Source of the DNA: an uncultured Gemmatimonadales bacterium
GTDB lineage: Bacteria; Gemmatimonadota; Gemmatimonadetes; Longimicrobiales; Longimicrobiaceae
Assembly: GCA_963716255.1 (NCBI GenBank)
Contig: OY970303.1
Location: 7,424,001 to 7,488,000 of the forward strand
Length of the DNA: 64,000 nt
Direction of reading: 5' to 3'
The notes beneath the pieces are model-generated. The model was not told where the DNA came from. It saw nothing but the letters and a program-made list of their open reading frames with translations, and ran no database searches. Made by a program: the position numbers and the translations under genes. Shown here one piece after another: positions 29,359 to 52,746 of the stretch. The number at the start of each line of letters is the position of its first letter. Position 1 is the first letter of the stretch.

Positions 29359-30423
29359 TCACTGCGTCTGCACGATCTCGTCGGTGATGCGGAACTCGCC
29401 GTCCAGCCAGCCGACGATCTCCCGGGCGCCCGGGTGGTCCACCCCCGTCCAGCGCTCCCGCAGCGCCGCCTCCCGCTCCCCCAGCCGGTCCAGCCCCACG
29501 TCCTGCAGGGTGCGCAGGTCCTCCTGCAGCCGCGCCCCCAGCTCCGGGCCCAGCACTTCCGCGGCCGCGCGCCGCAGCGCGTCGCCGTACGCGTACTCGT
29601 CCCCCAGGCGGTAGCTTTCCACCAGCGTCAGCGCGGGGATGCGGCTCAGCGTGGGCTGCAGGGCGGGGTTCACGGCGTGCCCCGACACGTGCTCCGCGAT
29701 CGCGGCGGGGCGCCCGGTGAAGCCGCGCAGGTGAAGGTACTGAGACATCCGCTGCCCGTCGTTGACCGGGTAGTTGTCCCACAGGAACGGCCGGCGCCCC
29801 AGCTGCTCCCCCACCCGGCGCAGGTGCCCGGGGGAAAGCTCCCGCGAGACCACCTCCTCCCCCGTCCACATCACCTCCACCGCCGGGTCCAGCGCGGCCC
29901 CCAGCCGCTCCAGGTACCCCGCGGGCCGCGCCCCGAAGACCCGGTCCAGCACCGGGTCGTCCGAGTAGTAGGTGGGGCACACCAGCACCCGGTCCGCCGC
30001 GCTCCGCCCGCGCGCCCAGTGCACCACCTCCACCTGCCGGTCCGCCAGGTCGGGCACGTCGCCGCGCATGTCGTCGAACAGGATCGCCAGGTCCTGCACC
30101 CCCAGCCCGTCCAGGAACTCCAGCTTGCGCTCCAGCGCCTCGCGCGCCCCCGCGTCGAAGCCCGCGAAGATCTCGTACGGGCTCACCCCCACCCCGAAGC
30201 GCACGCCCGACTCCCCGCAGCACGCCGCCAGCGCCGCGAGCCCTTTTTCCGCGGCGGGCGGGTGCGGCTCGCGCCAGAGCCGGCGCAGGTGCGGGTCGCC
30301 CTTGGGCGCGTACAGGTAGAAGCCGAAGCCGCGGGGGGCGAGGAAGCGGACGGCGTCCTCCCTCTCGCGCCAGCTCCAGGGCCTGCCGTAGAATCCTTCG
30401 ACGATGCCGAGCTCCACGTTCAT
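29359..30423 (-). CDS. GH84 beta-N-acetylglucosaminidase (O-GlcNAcase/hyaluronidase-like) catalytic domain
   Basis: GIVEGFYGRPWS, YLYAPKGDP, ILFDD catalytic pair, CPTYY, WTG, LWDNYPVND. Confidence 0.9.
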   Translation of the reverse strand: MNVELGIVEGFYGRPWSWREREDAVRFLAPRGFGFYLYAPKGDPHLRRLWREPHPPAAEKGLAALAACCGESGVRFGVGVSPYEIFAGFDAGAREALERKLEFLDGLGVQDLAILFDDMRGDVPDLADRQVEVVHWARGRSAADRVLVCPTYYSDDPVLDRVFGARPAGYLERLGAALDPAVEVMWTGEEVVSRELSPGHLRRVGEQLGRRPFLWDNYPVNDGQRMSQYLHLRGFTGRPAAIAEHVSGHAVNPALQPTLSRIPALTLVESYRLGDEYAYGDALRRAAAEVLGPELGARLQEDLRTLQDVGLDRLGEREAALRERWTGVDHPGAREIVGWLDGEFRITDEIVQTQ

Positions 30424-30498
30424 CCGCAGCGGTCCGGTTCGGGGTGCGCGGTGACCCGGCATCCTCCGTGCCTGGTCTTCCGATGGGGACGGCTCTGA

Positions 30499-30637
30499 CG
30501 GCGGGTTCGGGCGTGCCCCCGGCTGGCGCCGGGGTCGGGCTTCGGCTCCGTAAGCCCGCAAACAACGCGGGCTAACGGAGTCGAGCCCGCGCAAACAGCC
30601 GCGCGGTCTCGCCCCTTCGGGCCGAAATCCCTCACGC
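30499..30637 (+). repeat. Repeat family R1 copy
   Basis: Almost identical to 15767-15906. Confidence 0.9.
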
Positions 30638-30645
30638 AACGGCGG

Positions 30646-30690
30646 CCCCCTCCCCCCGGCCCCCTCGCGGGGAGGGGCCGGGGGAGGGGG
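30646..30690. repeat. R2 module A-type palindrome
   Basis: ccccctccccccggccccctcgcggggaggggccgggggaggggg adjacent to R1. Confidence 0.75.
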
Positions 30691-30723
30691 TCCCGTCGTC
30701 GTGCTCACACCAGCCCGGGTCCA

Positions 30724-31371
30724 ATGCCCCACGCCGAACCGACCCCCTGTCCGCTCTGCGGCTCGCAGCGAATCCGCCCGCTCGCGGAGGCGCACGGCCG
30801 CCGCTACCTGGACTGCGGCGAATGCCGGCTGGTGCACCTGGCGCCCGCGGACCGGCTGGACGCCGCGGCGGAGCGGGCGCACTACGGCACGCACCGCAAC
30901 GACCCCGCGGACCCCGGCTACCGCGCCTTCCTGGACCGGCTGGCGGCGCCGCTCGCGGAGCGCCTTGCCCCCGGCGCCGCGGGGCTGGACTACGGCTCGG
31001 GGCCAGGGCCCGCGCTGGTGGCGATGCTGCGGGAGCGCGGCTTCCGCGTGGACGGCTGGGACCCGTTCTTCGCGCCGGACCCGGAGCCGCTGGGGCGCAG
31101 CTACGACTTCGTCACCTGCACCGAGACCGCCGAGCACTTCTTTCGCCCGGGCGACGAGTTCCGCCGGCTGGACGGGCTGCTGCGCCCCGGCGGGTGGCTG
31201 GGGGTGATGACCGAGTGGCTGCCGGAGGACCGGCCCCTGGGGGAGTGGCGCTACGCTCGCGACCCCACCCACGCCTGCTTCTACCGGCCGGCGACGATGG
31301 AATGGATCGCCGCGCGCCACGGGTGGCGCCTGGAGATCCCGCGCCGCGGCGTGGCGCTCTTCGCGAAGTGA
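30724..31371 (+). CDS. Class I SAM-dependent methyltransferase with N-terminal Zn-binding Cys pairs
   Basis: CPLC and CGEC, LDYGSGPG, YDFVTCTETAEH, DPTHACFY. Confidence 0.88.
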   Translation: MPHAEPTPCPLCGSQRIRPLAEAHGRRYLDCGECRLVHLAPADRLDAAAERAHYGTHRNDPADPGYRAFLDRLAAPLAERLAPGAAGLDYGSGPGPALVAMLRERGFRVDGWDPFFAPDPEPLGRSYDFVTCTETAEHFFRPGDEFRRLDGLLRPGGWLGVMTEWLPEDRPLGEWRYARDPTHACFYRPATMEWIAARHGWRLEIPRRGVALFAK

Positions 31372-31482
31372 GCCGCGGCCGGGCACGCACGACGGGCCGC
31401 CCGCCGGCCGACCCCTGGAGGTCGGCCGGCGGGCGGCCCGCGATGCTGCCGGTGCCCGGCCCGAGGGCCGGGCAGGCGGTGC

Positions 31483-31698
31483 TTAGCCGTCCAGGGCGAC
31501 GACGTTCTCCGCCCGCGGACCCTTGGGGTCCTGGACGAGGTCGAACTCCACACGCGCCCCCTGGGCAAGCGACTTGTAGCCGCTCCCCTGGATGGCCGAG
31601 TGATGGACGAAGACGTCCTTGCCGCCTGCGTCGGGCTTGATGAAGCCGAAGCCCTTCTCGTCCATGAACCGCTCTACGGTGCCCGTCTCGCGTGCCAT
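31483..31698 (-). CDS. Cold-shock domain protein
   Basis: KGFGFI (RNP1) and DVFVHHSAI (RNP2), 71 aa, GGAGG RBS. Confidence 0.95.
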   Translation of the reverse strand: MARETGTVERFMDEKGFGFIKPDAGGKDVFVHHSAIQGSGYKSLAQGARVEFDLVQDPKGPRAENVVALDG

Positions 31699-31898
31699 CT
31701 GCTCCATCCTCCGTCCGGTGTTGGAATAACCTGCTCCGACTTCCCGAGCCCCAACTGCAAGGGTCGTGCTTCGGCGGCGCGGCAGGCTTCTCGCCGCGCC
31801 GATTGCAGTGACGCGAAGTGCGTGCCGCGCGTTCCGGGCAGCCCCCGCCGGACTACATTTCGCCGCGCGATCTCCCTCCCGAACCCCGTCCCGTCCGC

Positions 31899-32874
31899 AT
31901 GCGATCCATCCGGTTCCCGCTCGCCGCGCTGCTCCTAACGTCCCCGCGCTCGCGCACGCCCAAGAGGCGCGCACGCTGAGCACGCGCCTCACCCCGCCCG
32001 AGCGCGTGGGCGGCTTCCGGCTGGCCTCAATCCAGCAGATGGAGGGCCGGGCCGGGGGGCAGATGCGCTACCGCTTGGCCGATCGGCTGTAGCTGGACGC
32101 TTTCCTGTACCCGCTCCCCGACGCCCCCGACTGCGAGCAGGACTGCGACGCGGCCGCGGCAGCCGCCGAGATGGACGCCTTCCGCGCCGCGCTCCGGGAG
32201 CTGGCGCACGCCGGCGGGTTCGACTCCCTCGCGGTGATGACGGACGAGCAGGTGCGGGTGGAGCACTGCTGCGCCGCGCCGCCGGCCGGCACCTGCGCAT
32301 GCGGGGCTCCGCGCGCGGAAGGCCGGTGCGCTCGTACCTGCTGGTGTACGGCGTGGGCAGCTACATGGCGCGGGTGCGGGCCACCTTTCCGCCGGGGGTG
32401 AGGCAGGACGGCCTCACCCGGGCCTTCGCGGAGGGTTTCGTGCGCGCCATCCTCCAGCGCGCGGGCGCGGCGCAGCAGTGCGCTCGGGGCGCCGCCGACA
32501 CGGAGGACATCCGCAGCAGCGTGGACTCGCGCCTCGCCGCCGACGAACTGCGCGCCCGGGTTCCGGCGGCGCTCGCCGGGCTGGGCTTTGCGCGGGACCC
32601 GGCAGCGAAGGAGCGCGACGCCTGGCGCACCCTCCCGGTGGAGGGGTGGCCAGCGGGAATCGACTACGGCGCCTGGGCACGGGAGGCGAGCCCCAGCTTT
32701 GTGGTGGGCGTGACCCTGGAGGAGCGGCCGGGGGCCGCGCCACGGCTCACCGTCTCGGCACGGGCGGTGTCCGTCCCCGTCTCCGCCACGGAGGACCCGC
32801 GGGAGCTGGGGCTGGAGCTGCGCACCGTCGGCGAGGTGCTGGGGAAGATCGAACCGCCCCGGCGCCGGGGATGA
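31899..32874 (+). pseudogene. Probable disrupted gene for a secreted hypothetical protein
   Basis: Signal-like start [13 protein letters not shown] shifts frame into PALAHAQE. In-frame TAG at 32090-32092. A second shift near 32300 leads into RSYLLVYG... Confidence 0.5.
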
Positions 32875-33158
32875 CTCGTTGGCGTTGTCTCTCGGGTCGG
32901 CTTGTCCCTTGCAGGGTCGGACATCTGCGTTGGGTGCGTGATGGACGGAAAAATGGTTGTTCGATATATAACGTGGCTAGAAACACACGCTGACCCCCCC
33001 GATCGCTGAAGAATCGTAGCTGTTGACGAAGTCGTGTAGCACACTGAGAATTTTCCGACGTGATTAGTGCCGATGCGGGGAATGGGTTTGACAAGATAAC
33101 TTCAGGCTACAAAACCGCAGGATCGGCCCAACGCAACCCCCTCCCACAGCCCTAGGTT

Positions 33159-33824
33159 ATGAACGTTGAACAGAAGGCCCTGGAGCGTCTTGCTGAACTG
33201 ATCACTGTTGGTGACCGTGTACTGGCCACGCGTCGTTCACCACCGGCAAATACCATCGGCTTCGACTCGTCGGTCGATTCCCAAGCAGCATATCAGTGGT
33301 TCACGAGCGCGCAAAATATTTTGGCACGCGTGTTTGGCATCACCAGTGAACACTACAAGAACTTCAGCTCACAAAGCCATAATAAGCTTACTTATTCTCC
33401 CGTTTATCGGGCTCAAGGCGTGCTCAAGGCTGCACACGAGGATCTTGAGCGCGGCTACCTATTCGATCTGAGGCGGTTGATCGAAGCCGAGGTTTTCGAT
33501 GACCTGCTTGAGCAAGCGGACGCGCTCCTCACAGCCGGGTACTACCACCCGGCAGCTGTTGTTTCTGGATGCGTTCTGGAGGACGGGCTCAGGAAGCTCT
33601 GCATCGCCAACGGGGTCCCCCTGCCGGACAGACCAAAGCTAGATTCGATGAATGCGGAATTGGCAAAGGCAGGTCTCTATACGAAGCTCACCCAGAAGCG
33701 CATTACAGCGATCGCGGATATTCGAAACAGTGCTGCGCACGGAAAGTCGGACCAATTCTCACGACAAGATGTTGACGAGGCGGTAACTTGGATCCGCAAC
33801 TTCATGGAAGCCCAATTCTCTTGA
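33159..33824 (+). CDS. HEPN/DUF4145-like domain protein (cassette-like)
   Basis: LLEQADALL...AAVVSGCVLEDGLRKLC...IRNSAAHG carries the HEPN RxxxxH motif. Lower GC than the flanks. Confidence 0.8.
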   Translation: MNVEQKALERLAELITVGDRVLATRRSPPANTIGFDSSVDSQAAYQWFTSAQNILARVFGITSEHYKNFSSQSHNKLTYSPVYRAQGVLKAAHEDLERGYLFDLRRLIEAEVFDDLLEQADALLTAGYYHPAAVVSGCVLEDGLRKLCIANGVPLPDRPKLDSMNAELAKAGLYTKLTQKRITAIADIRNSAAHGKSDQFSRQDVDEAVTWIRNFMEAQFS

Positions 33825-33832
33825 TGCGTGCG

Positions 33833-33920
33833 GCGAAACACAGCGTTGAAGCTGACGGTACGTTCCATCTCATCACAACTGGCATGGCACCGAGCACACA
33901 GCTTGGTACCTTGATTTGAA
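33833..33920 (+). other. Degenerate attC-like site interrupted at its right end by IS1380
   Basis: GCGAAAC-ACAGC-GTTGAAGCTG...CAGCTT arms just after the stop codon. The expected R' position coincides with the IS target TTGAA. Confidence 0.4.
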
Positions 33921-35592
33921 CCCGGATCCTGCACGGGAGTGGCGCCCCGGTGGATTTCGCCTCTCGCGAGCCGGCAGATGACGGCGGAGGCGGCGACCGA
34001 GCGAGCCGGGACGTTGCCGCCGCCCTCGCAAGAGGCTCTGCCGCGGCTGATTCCGGTCTGCCGGGCGCCGCAGGGCAAAGCGGCTCCACCACCGGGCCGA
34101 TGGGCTCCGGTCTTCCTCGCCCTGCGTGCCTGCGCCAGAGACTCTCAGGCTGGCAGGGGCGGTCCCGTGCCGACCCGGCGCAGCGCCCGGAGCAGTTCTC
34201 GGCGCAGCGGCTCGGCCCGCTGGAGCTGCACGTACTGCTTGCGCGCGTGCGTGGTCAGCTTCGCCGGAAGGCGGAAGAGCCAGGCCCGCAGGCGCTTCGG
34301 CTGTGCCCGGCGCCAGCTTCCCGAGAGCGCCGTGGTGCGGAGGGTGTGGAGCATCTGATACGCCAGCGCACCCAGCGCCCAGAGCAGATGATTACCCCCC
34401 AGATCATCGACCGCCGTCTGCCCCACCGAGAGCTGTCCCAGCTCCTCGATCCGCTGCTCCACGAGCGCGCCCTGGTTGTAGAGCCGCCACGCCGAGAGGA
34501 CGCTGATCCCCGCCACGTTGCTCAGCACGTGCGCCGTCTTCTCGACCTTGTAGCTCTCCAGCTCCAGCTCGCCTTCGGCGCCCCCGATCTCGCGCCGCTG
34601 TTCCACCGTCAGCAGCCGCGCGCCGTAGATCGTGCCCGAGGCCGTCCAGAGCTTGGGGTCCTTCTGGGAGCGGCGAAAGGGCGAGAGGTGACGCCGCAGC
34701 CACTTCTGGTCGGGCACCTTGAGCACGTAGCCGACCCCGAGGGCCTCCAGCGCCTCGACCATCTTCCGGGAGAAGAACCCCTTGTCCAGACGCAGCGTGA
34801 TCTGCTCGACCCCGGCCGCGCGGAGCTGCCCCACCAGGGCCTCGATCCAGGGGATCGCCCCGGCGGCGGTGTGGGCGCTGCCCGCTCGCCAGCGCACGCC
34901 CAGGCAGTCGCCCGTCTCGGCCAGGAAGGCCACCAGCGGGTGGTGACTGGGTCGGCCCTTCTTCGTGGGGTTGTAGCCCTTTTCGGCGCCCGCCTGCTTG
35001 AGCCCGTATCGCTGCACCACCGTGCTGTCCAGCACCAGCATCACCGAGCGCGGCACTGCGCTCCTCGCCCAACGGGCACGCACCATCTGCCAGAGAACGG
35101 CGTCGAGCTGCCCCGCCAGGCGCTCCCCGCCGCGACGCAGCCAGCGCCCGTAGGTCGTTGGATCGGGCAGGCCCTTCCAGCCGAAGAGGCGGCGGATGCC
35201 GCGCCCGCCCAGCAGGCGCAGATCATCCATGCAGCCGCCGCCGTAGAGCAGCAGTACGATCCAGAGCTCCACCATCAGGCTCGGCCGGTAGGCGCCGCGC
35301 AGCCAGGCCGCTTCGGTGTCGAGCCTCTGCCCCAGCCCCAGTCGATCCCAGAGACGGCGAAGCAGCAGCAGGCCCGCTCCGTCCGTCAGCTCACCGGCCG
35401 AGTGCCGAAGCCGCAGCGGGGCCGCCCTGCCTTGCACGTGGGGTCGAGAAGCGATAGTCTGAACTCGCACCGTCTGGGTGCCTATGGTTGGGTGGAATAC
35501 TTCTGCCAGGAAGTTCCCTCAACCTACGGCCCCAGGCGGTGTTCTGCATCCTACCCCTCCCTTTTCCTACCTTCACCCGTGCAGGATCCGGG
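33921..35592 (-). mobile_element. Complete IS1380-family insertion sequence (1672 bp)
   Basis: Perfect 17-bp IRs cccggatcctgcacggg (33921-33937 and 35576-35592). 5-bp direct repeat TTGAA (33916-33920 and 35593-35597). Confidence 0.95.
34145..35470 (-). CDS. IS1380-family DDE transposase
   Basis: LVLDSTV, GYNPTKKGRPSHHPL, LRLDKGF, YNQGALVEQRIEEL. Intact 441-aa ORF. Confidence 0.92.
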   Translation of the reverse strand: MRVQTIASRPHVQGRAAPLRLRHSAGELTDGAGLLLLRRLWDRLGLGQRLDTEAAWLRGAYRPSLMVELWIVLLLYGGGCMDDLRLLGGRGIRRLFGWKGLPDPTTYGRWLRRGGERLAGQLDAVLWQMVRARWARSAVPRSVMLVLDSTVVQRYGLKQAGAEKGYNPTKKGRPSHHPLVAFLAETGDCLGVRWRAGSAHTAAGAIPWIEALVGQLRAAGVEQITLRLDKGFFSRKMVEALEALGVGYVLKVPDQKWLRRHLSPFRRSQKDPKLWTASGTIYGARLLTVEQRREIGGAEGELELESYKVEKTAHVLSNVAGISVLSAWRLYNQGALVEQRIEELGQLSVGQTAVDDLGGNHLLWALGALAYQMLHTLRTTALSGSWRRAQPKRLRAWLFRLPAKLTTHARKQYVQLQRAEPLRRELLRALRRVGTGPPLPA

Positions 35593-35657
35593 TTGAATGG
35601 TCAGACGCACTCCACCACCTCACGCCAGTGAACAGATTTCATACAACCCGTTCCACG

Positions 35658-36347
35658 GTGCTCTGCTACCTCTGCGGTGAACCTTTGGCCGACGAGGTCG
35701 ATCGCGATCATGTTCCGCCTCAGATGTTCTTCGCTCGACCTCTTCGACAGCAGCATAACATGGGTCTCGCAACTCTCCCTACACACGTTAAGTGCAATCG
35801 TAGTTATCGAACGGACGAAGAATACTTCGCCTATACGGTGTCGCCCCTGGCGATGGATAGTGTTTCCGGCCGCGCGATGACAGAGGAGATGGGCCGGCGC
35901 TTCCGCGAAGGACGCAACCAGCCGCTTGCGCTCAGCGTTCTTCGAGAATTCGAAGATCGACCCAGTGGCTTGTACTTGCCGTCTGGAAAAATCATCAAGC
36001 GTTTAAACGCGGCGCGTGTCAACCGCATCCTCTGGAAGATCACCCGAGGTCTCTTTTGCCTGGAACGACGTGAGGTCTTGCCTGAGACCATCAGTCGTGC
36101 TGTGAGCATTTACGGCCCCGATGATGAATTCCCAAATCGGTATGATTTAGTGCTTGTGGAACCTTCAAGAGGAAAATACCCTGGGGCGTTCGATTACAAG
36201 TACAAGGTGATGGAGTTAGGTGAAACGCGACTGGCACTGTGGGCAATGCTATTCTGGGATCGAGTTATCGCCTTTGTGGCATTTCATGATCTGGACTGCA
36301 GATGTGTGGAGTGTACGGACAGCGCTCCGGCTACTCCGCGCGCATAA
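35658..36347 (+). CDS. HNH-endonuclease-like protein (cassette-like)
   Basis: CYLCG...DRDHVPP...HVKCN. Start GTG 35658 or 35628. Lower GC. The stop codon lies within the attC-like R'' box. Confidence 0.7.
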   Translation: MLCYLCGEPLADEVDRDHVPPQMFFARPLRQQHNMGLATLPTHVKCNRSYRTDEEYFAYTVSPLAMDSVSGRAMTEEMGRRFREGRNQPLALSVLREFEDRPSGLYLPSGKIIKRLNAARVNRILWKITRGLFCLERREVLPETISRAVSIYGPDDEFPNRYDLVLVEPSRGKYPGAFDYKYKVMELGETRLALWAMLFWDRVIAFVAFHDLDCRCVECTDSAPATPRA

Positions 36348-36426
36348 TGTGGATTGCAGGCGATCATTGGCCAGGCATGTTCCCAAATGGTACGAGTCCC
36401 GCACGCCCGAACAGGCTTCGTTAGGT
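36342..36426 (+). other. Degenerate attC-like site (85 bp)
   Basis: GCATAAT...ttgcaggcg...cgcccgaa...GTTAGGT at the right edge of the low-GC segment. Confidence 0.6.
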
Positions 36427-36628
36427 GATGCGTGGCAGATCTCTCGGCGGCCGCAACGGATCGTGTCCGCGGTTACCGAGCGCTACCCATCTTCCTGACC
36501 TCATCCTGTTATCGCAGGTTAACGGATACCGGAGAGATCGCCGGGCGCCGCGGGAGCGTGAATTGCTCCTGCGGGGCGGCGCGGGTAGACTTCCCGCCGA
36601 CCCGAGCCCCGTACCCGGCACCGCCACG

Positions 36629-37909
36629 ATGGAACGCAGACGCATCGCCGTACCCCCGCCGGACGTCCCCGGCTTCCGCGCCGTCCCCTTCACCGGCGTC
36701 ATCTACGTCATGGCGGAGGCCTCCCGGCGCGGCTACGCGTACGGGCACCCCGACTGGTGCAACCTGGGGCAGGGGATGCCGGAGACCGGCCCCCTCCCCG
36801 GCGCGCCGCCCCGCGTGCTGGAAGCGCCCATCTCCCCGGCGGACCAGGAGTACGCCCCCGTGGCGGGGATCCCCGAGCTGCGGGCCGCCGTCGCGGCGCT
36901 GTACAACGACCTGTACCGGCGCGGAATGGCATCGCAGTACACCGCCGACAACGTGTGCATCTGCGGCGGGGGGCGGCTGGGGCTGACGCGGACGGTGGCT
37001 GCGCTGGGGGAGATCAACCTGGGGCACTTCCTCCCCGACTACACGGCGTACGAGGAGTTGCTGGACATCTTCCGCCCCTTCACCGCCATCCCCATCCTGC
37101 TGGAGGGGAGCGACGGCTACCGCTTCGACGTGGGGCGGCTGGAGCGCGAGATCATGGGGCGCGGCCTTTCCGCCCTCCTCCTTTCCAACCCCTCCAACCC
37201 CACCGGCCGCACCATCCGCGGGCTGGAGCTGGCGGGGTGGGTGGACGCGGCGCGGCGCCTGGAGTGCACCCTGCTGCTGGACGAGTTCTACTCGCACTAT
37301 GCCTGGTCCGCCACGCCGGAGGAGGGGGGGCTGGTGTCGGCGGCGCGCTACGTGGAGGACGTGGACCGCGACCCGGTGGTGATCCTGGACGGGCTCACCA
37401 AGAACTGGCGCTACCCCGGGTGGCGCACCACATGGGTGCTGGGGCCGCGCTCGGTGATCGACGCGGTCACCAGCTCGGGGTCGTTCCTGGACGGCGGGGG
37501 GAGCCGCCCCCTGCAGCGCGCGGCGCTCCCCCTGCTGGAGCCGGCCTCCGTGCGCGCCGAGACGGCGGCGATCCGCGACGCCTTCCTGCGCAAGCGCCGC
37601 ATCCTGGTGGACGGCCTGAGGGCGGCGGGGATGCGGCTGGACGTGGAGCCGGAGGGCACCTTCTACGTGTGGGCCGACCTGTCCGGCCTCCCGGAGCCGC
37701 TGGCGGACGGCGCGGGCTTCTTCGAGGCGGCGCTGGACGAAAAGGTGATCTGCGTCCCCGGCGAGTTCTTCGACATCAACCCCGGGAAGCGGCGCAGCGG
37801 CCGCCCCTCGCGCTTCCGCGGCTACGCGCGCTTCTCCTTCGGTCCGGAGGAGGCCGTGGTGGCGGAGGGTGTCCGCCGCATCGCCGAGATGGTGGCGAGG
37901 GCGCGCTGA
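36629..37909 (+). CDS. PLP-dependent aminotransferase class I/II
   Basis: NLGQGMP, SNPSNPTG, LDEFY, GLTKNWRYPGWR, PEGTFY, RFSFG. Confidence 0.92.
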   Translation: MERRRIAVPPPDVPGFRAVPFTGVIYVMAEASRRGYAYGHPDWCNLGQGMPETGPLPGAPPRVLEAPISPADQEYAPVAGIPELRAAVAALYNDLYRRGMASQYTADNVCICGGGRLGLTRTVAALGEINLGHFLPDYTAYEELLDIFRPFTAIPILLEGSDGYRFDVGRLEREIMGRGLSALLLSNPSNPTGRTIRGLELAGWVDAARRLECTLLLDEFYSHYAWSATPEEGGLVSAARYVEDVDRDPVVILDGLTKNWRYPGWRTTWVLGPRSVIDAVTSSGSFLDGGGSRPLQRAALPLLEPASVRAETAAIRDAFLRKRRILVDGLRAAGMRLDVEPEGTFYVWADLSGLPEPLADGAGFFEAALDEKVICVPGEFFDINPGKRRSGRPSRFRGYARFSFGPEEAVVAEGVRRIAEMVARAR

Positions 37910-37942
37910 CGCGGGCGCGCGGACCATCCGCCCCCCACACGG

Positions 37943-37975
37943 AGCCCGACCCCGGCGCAGCCGGGGGAACGCCCG
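37943..37975 (-). repeat. Repeat family R1, short inverted fragment
   Basis: agcccgaccccggcgcagccgggggaacgcccg matches the reverse complement of the R1 5' part. Confidence 0.65.
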
Positions 37976-38086
37976 GACCTTCCTCCGGATCGGCAAAACC
38001 TTGTCTCCCGACCAACCGGCCCTTAGCGTGCTCCGTGCATTTCATGTCCGCAACCCTGCGGGCCACATCCCCACGCGGAGGACGTC

Positions 38087-38356
38087 ATGAGCCGTTCGTT
38101 CATCCAGCTTCGACGGGTGCTGGTCGGTGTCTCCTGCGCCGTCGTGTTCGGCTTTGGCGCGACGCAGGCGCTCGGGAGCCAGGACCGGGCGCCACGGAAA
38201 ATCTGCCCCGTCCCCGACCCGCCCGCTCCGTACTACTCCGCGGCCTGCGGGGTGGGATGCCCGGGCGAGATGGGCTACTGCGGCCAGGACGGACGGTGCC
38301 ACTGCGGCTACTTCTCGCCGATCGTGCCCCCGGGCGACGCCCCGAGTCCTTCATGA
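38087..38356 (+). CDS. Secreted six-cysteine defensin-like peptide
   Basis: GGAGG RBS, signal peptide ending TQALG, mature part C-x13-CxxxC-x4-GYC-x5-CxC. Confidence 0.7.
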   Translation: MSRSFIQLRRVLVGVSCAVVFGFGATQALGSQDRAPRKICPVPDPPAPYYSAACGVGCPGEMGYCGQDGRCHCGYFSPIVPPGDAPSPS

Positions 38357-38433
38357 GCCGTTCGTCCATCCGCCTGCTGTTCGGCGCTTCCTGCGCCGGC
38401 ACGGACGGGATATGCCGCTGCGGCAACTTCTGA
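38353..38433 (+). pseudogene. Internally deleted duplicate of the defensin-like peptide (26 aa)
   Basis: MSRSSIRLLFGASCAGTDGICRCGNF keeps both ends of the upstream peptide (MSRS..GVSCA / DGRCHCGYF). ATGA overlap with the upstream gene. Confidence 0.6.
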
Positions 38434-38679
38434 CGCGCCCCTCGGGCGCGCGACAGGACCGGCCCCACGCCGCGCGGCGCGGGGCCGGTCCGTTTTCCGT
38501 GCGGGTCCGCCGGACCTCCGGACAGAAATCCGTTTCCGGGACCGCCAGGAGCACTCCGGCAGCATATTTCAAGACTTGACTTACCCAGACGGGCTCTCGA
38601 TTTTCCGGGGCCCCGCCGCCCGGCATCGCCCTGCCGGACGGGTGTGCGCGCGCAGTCCCTTTCGCCGGAGAAGCGAGCC

Positions 38680-52743
<14,064 letters not shown>

Positions 52744-52746
52744 CCC

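Noticed and set aside
32875..33158. AT-richer region upstream of the HEPN gene as a possible attI or integrase remnant
   Set aside because: No convincing L/R box pair or IntI-like translation was found.
35478..35657. N-terminal extension of the HNH-like ORF
   Set aside because: It runs through the IS1380 end and inverted repeat. The real start is probably 35628 or 35658.
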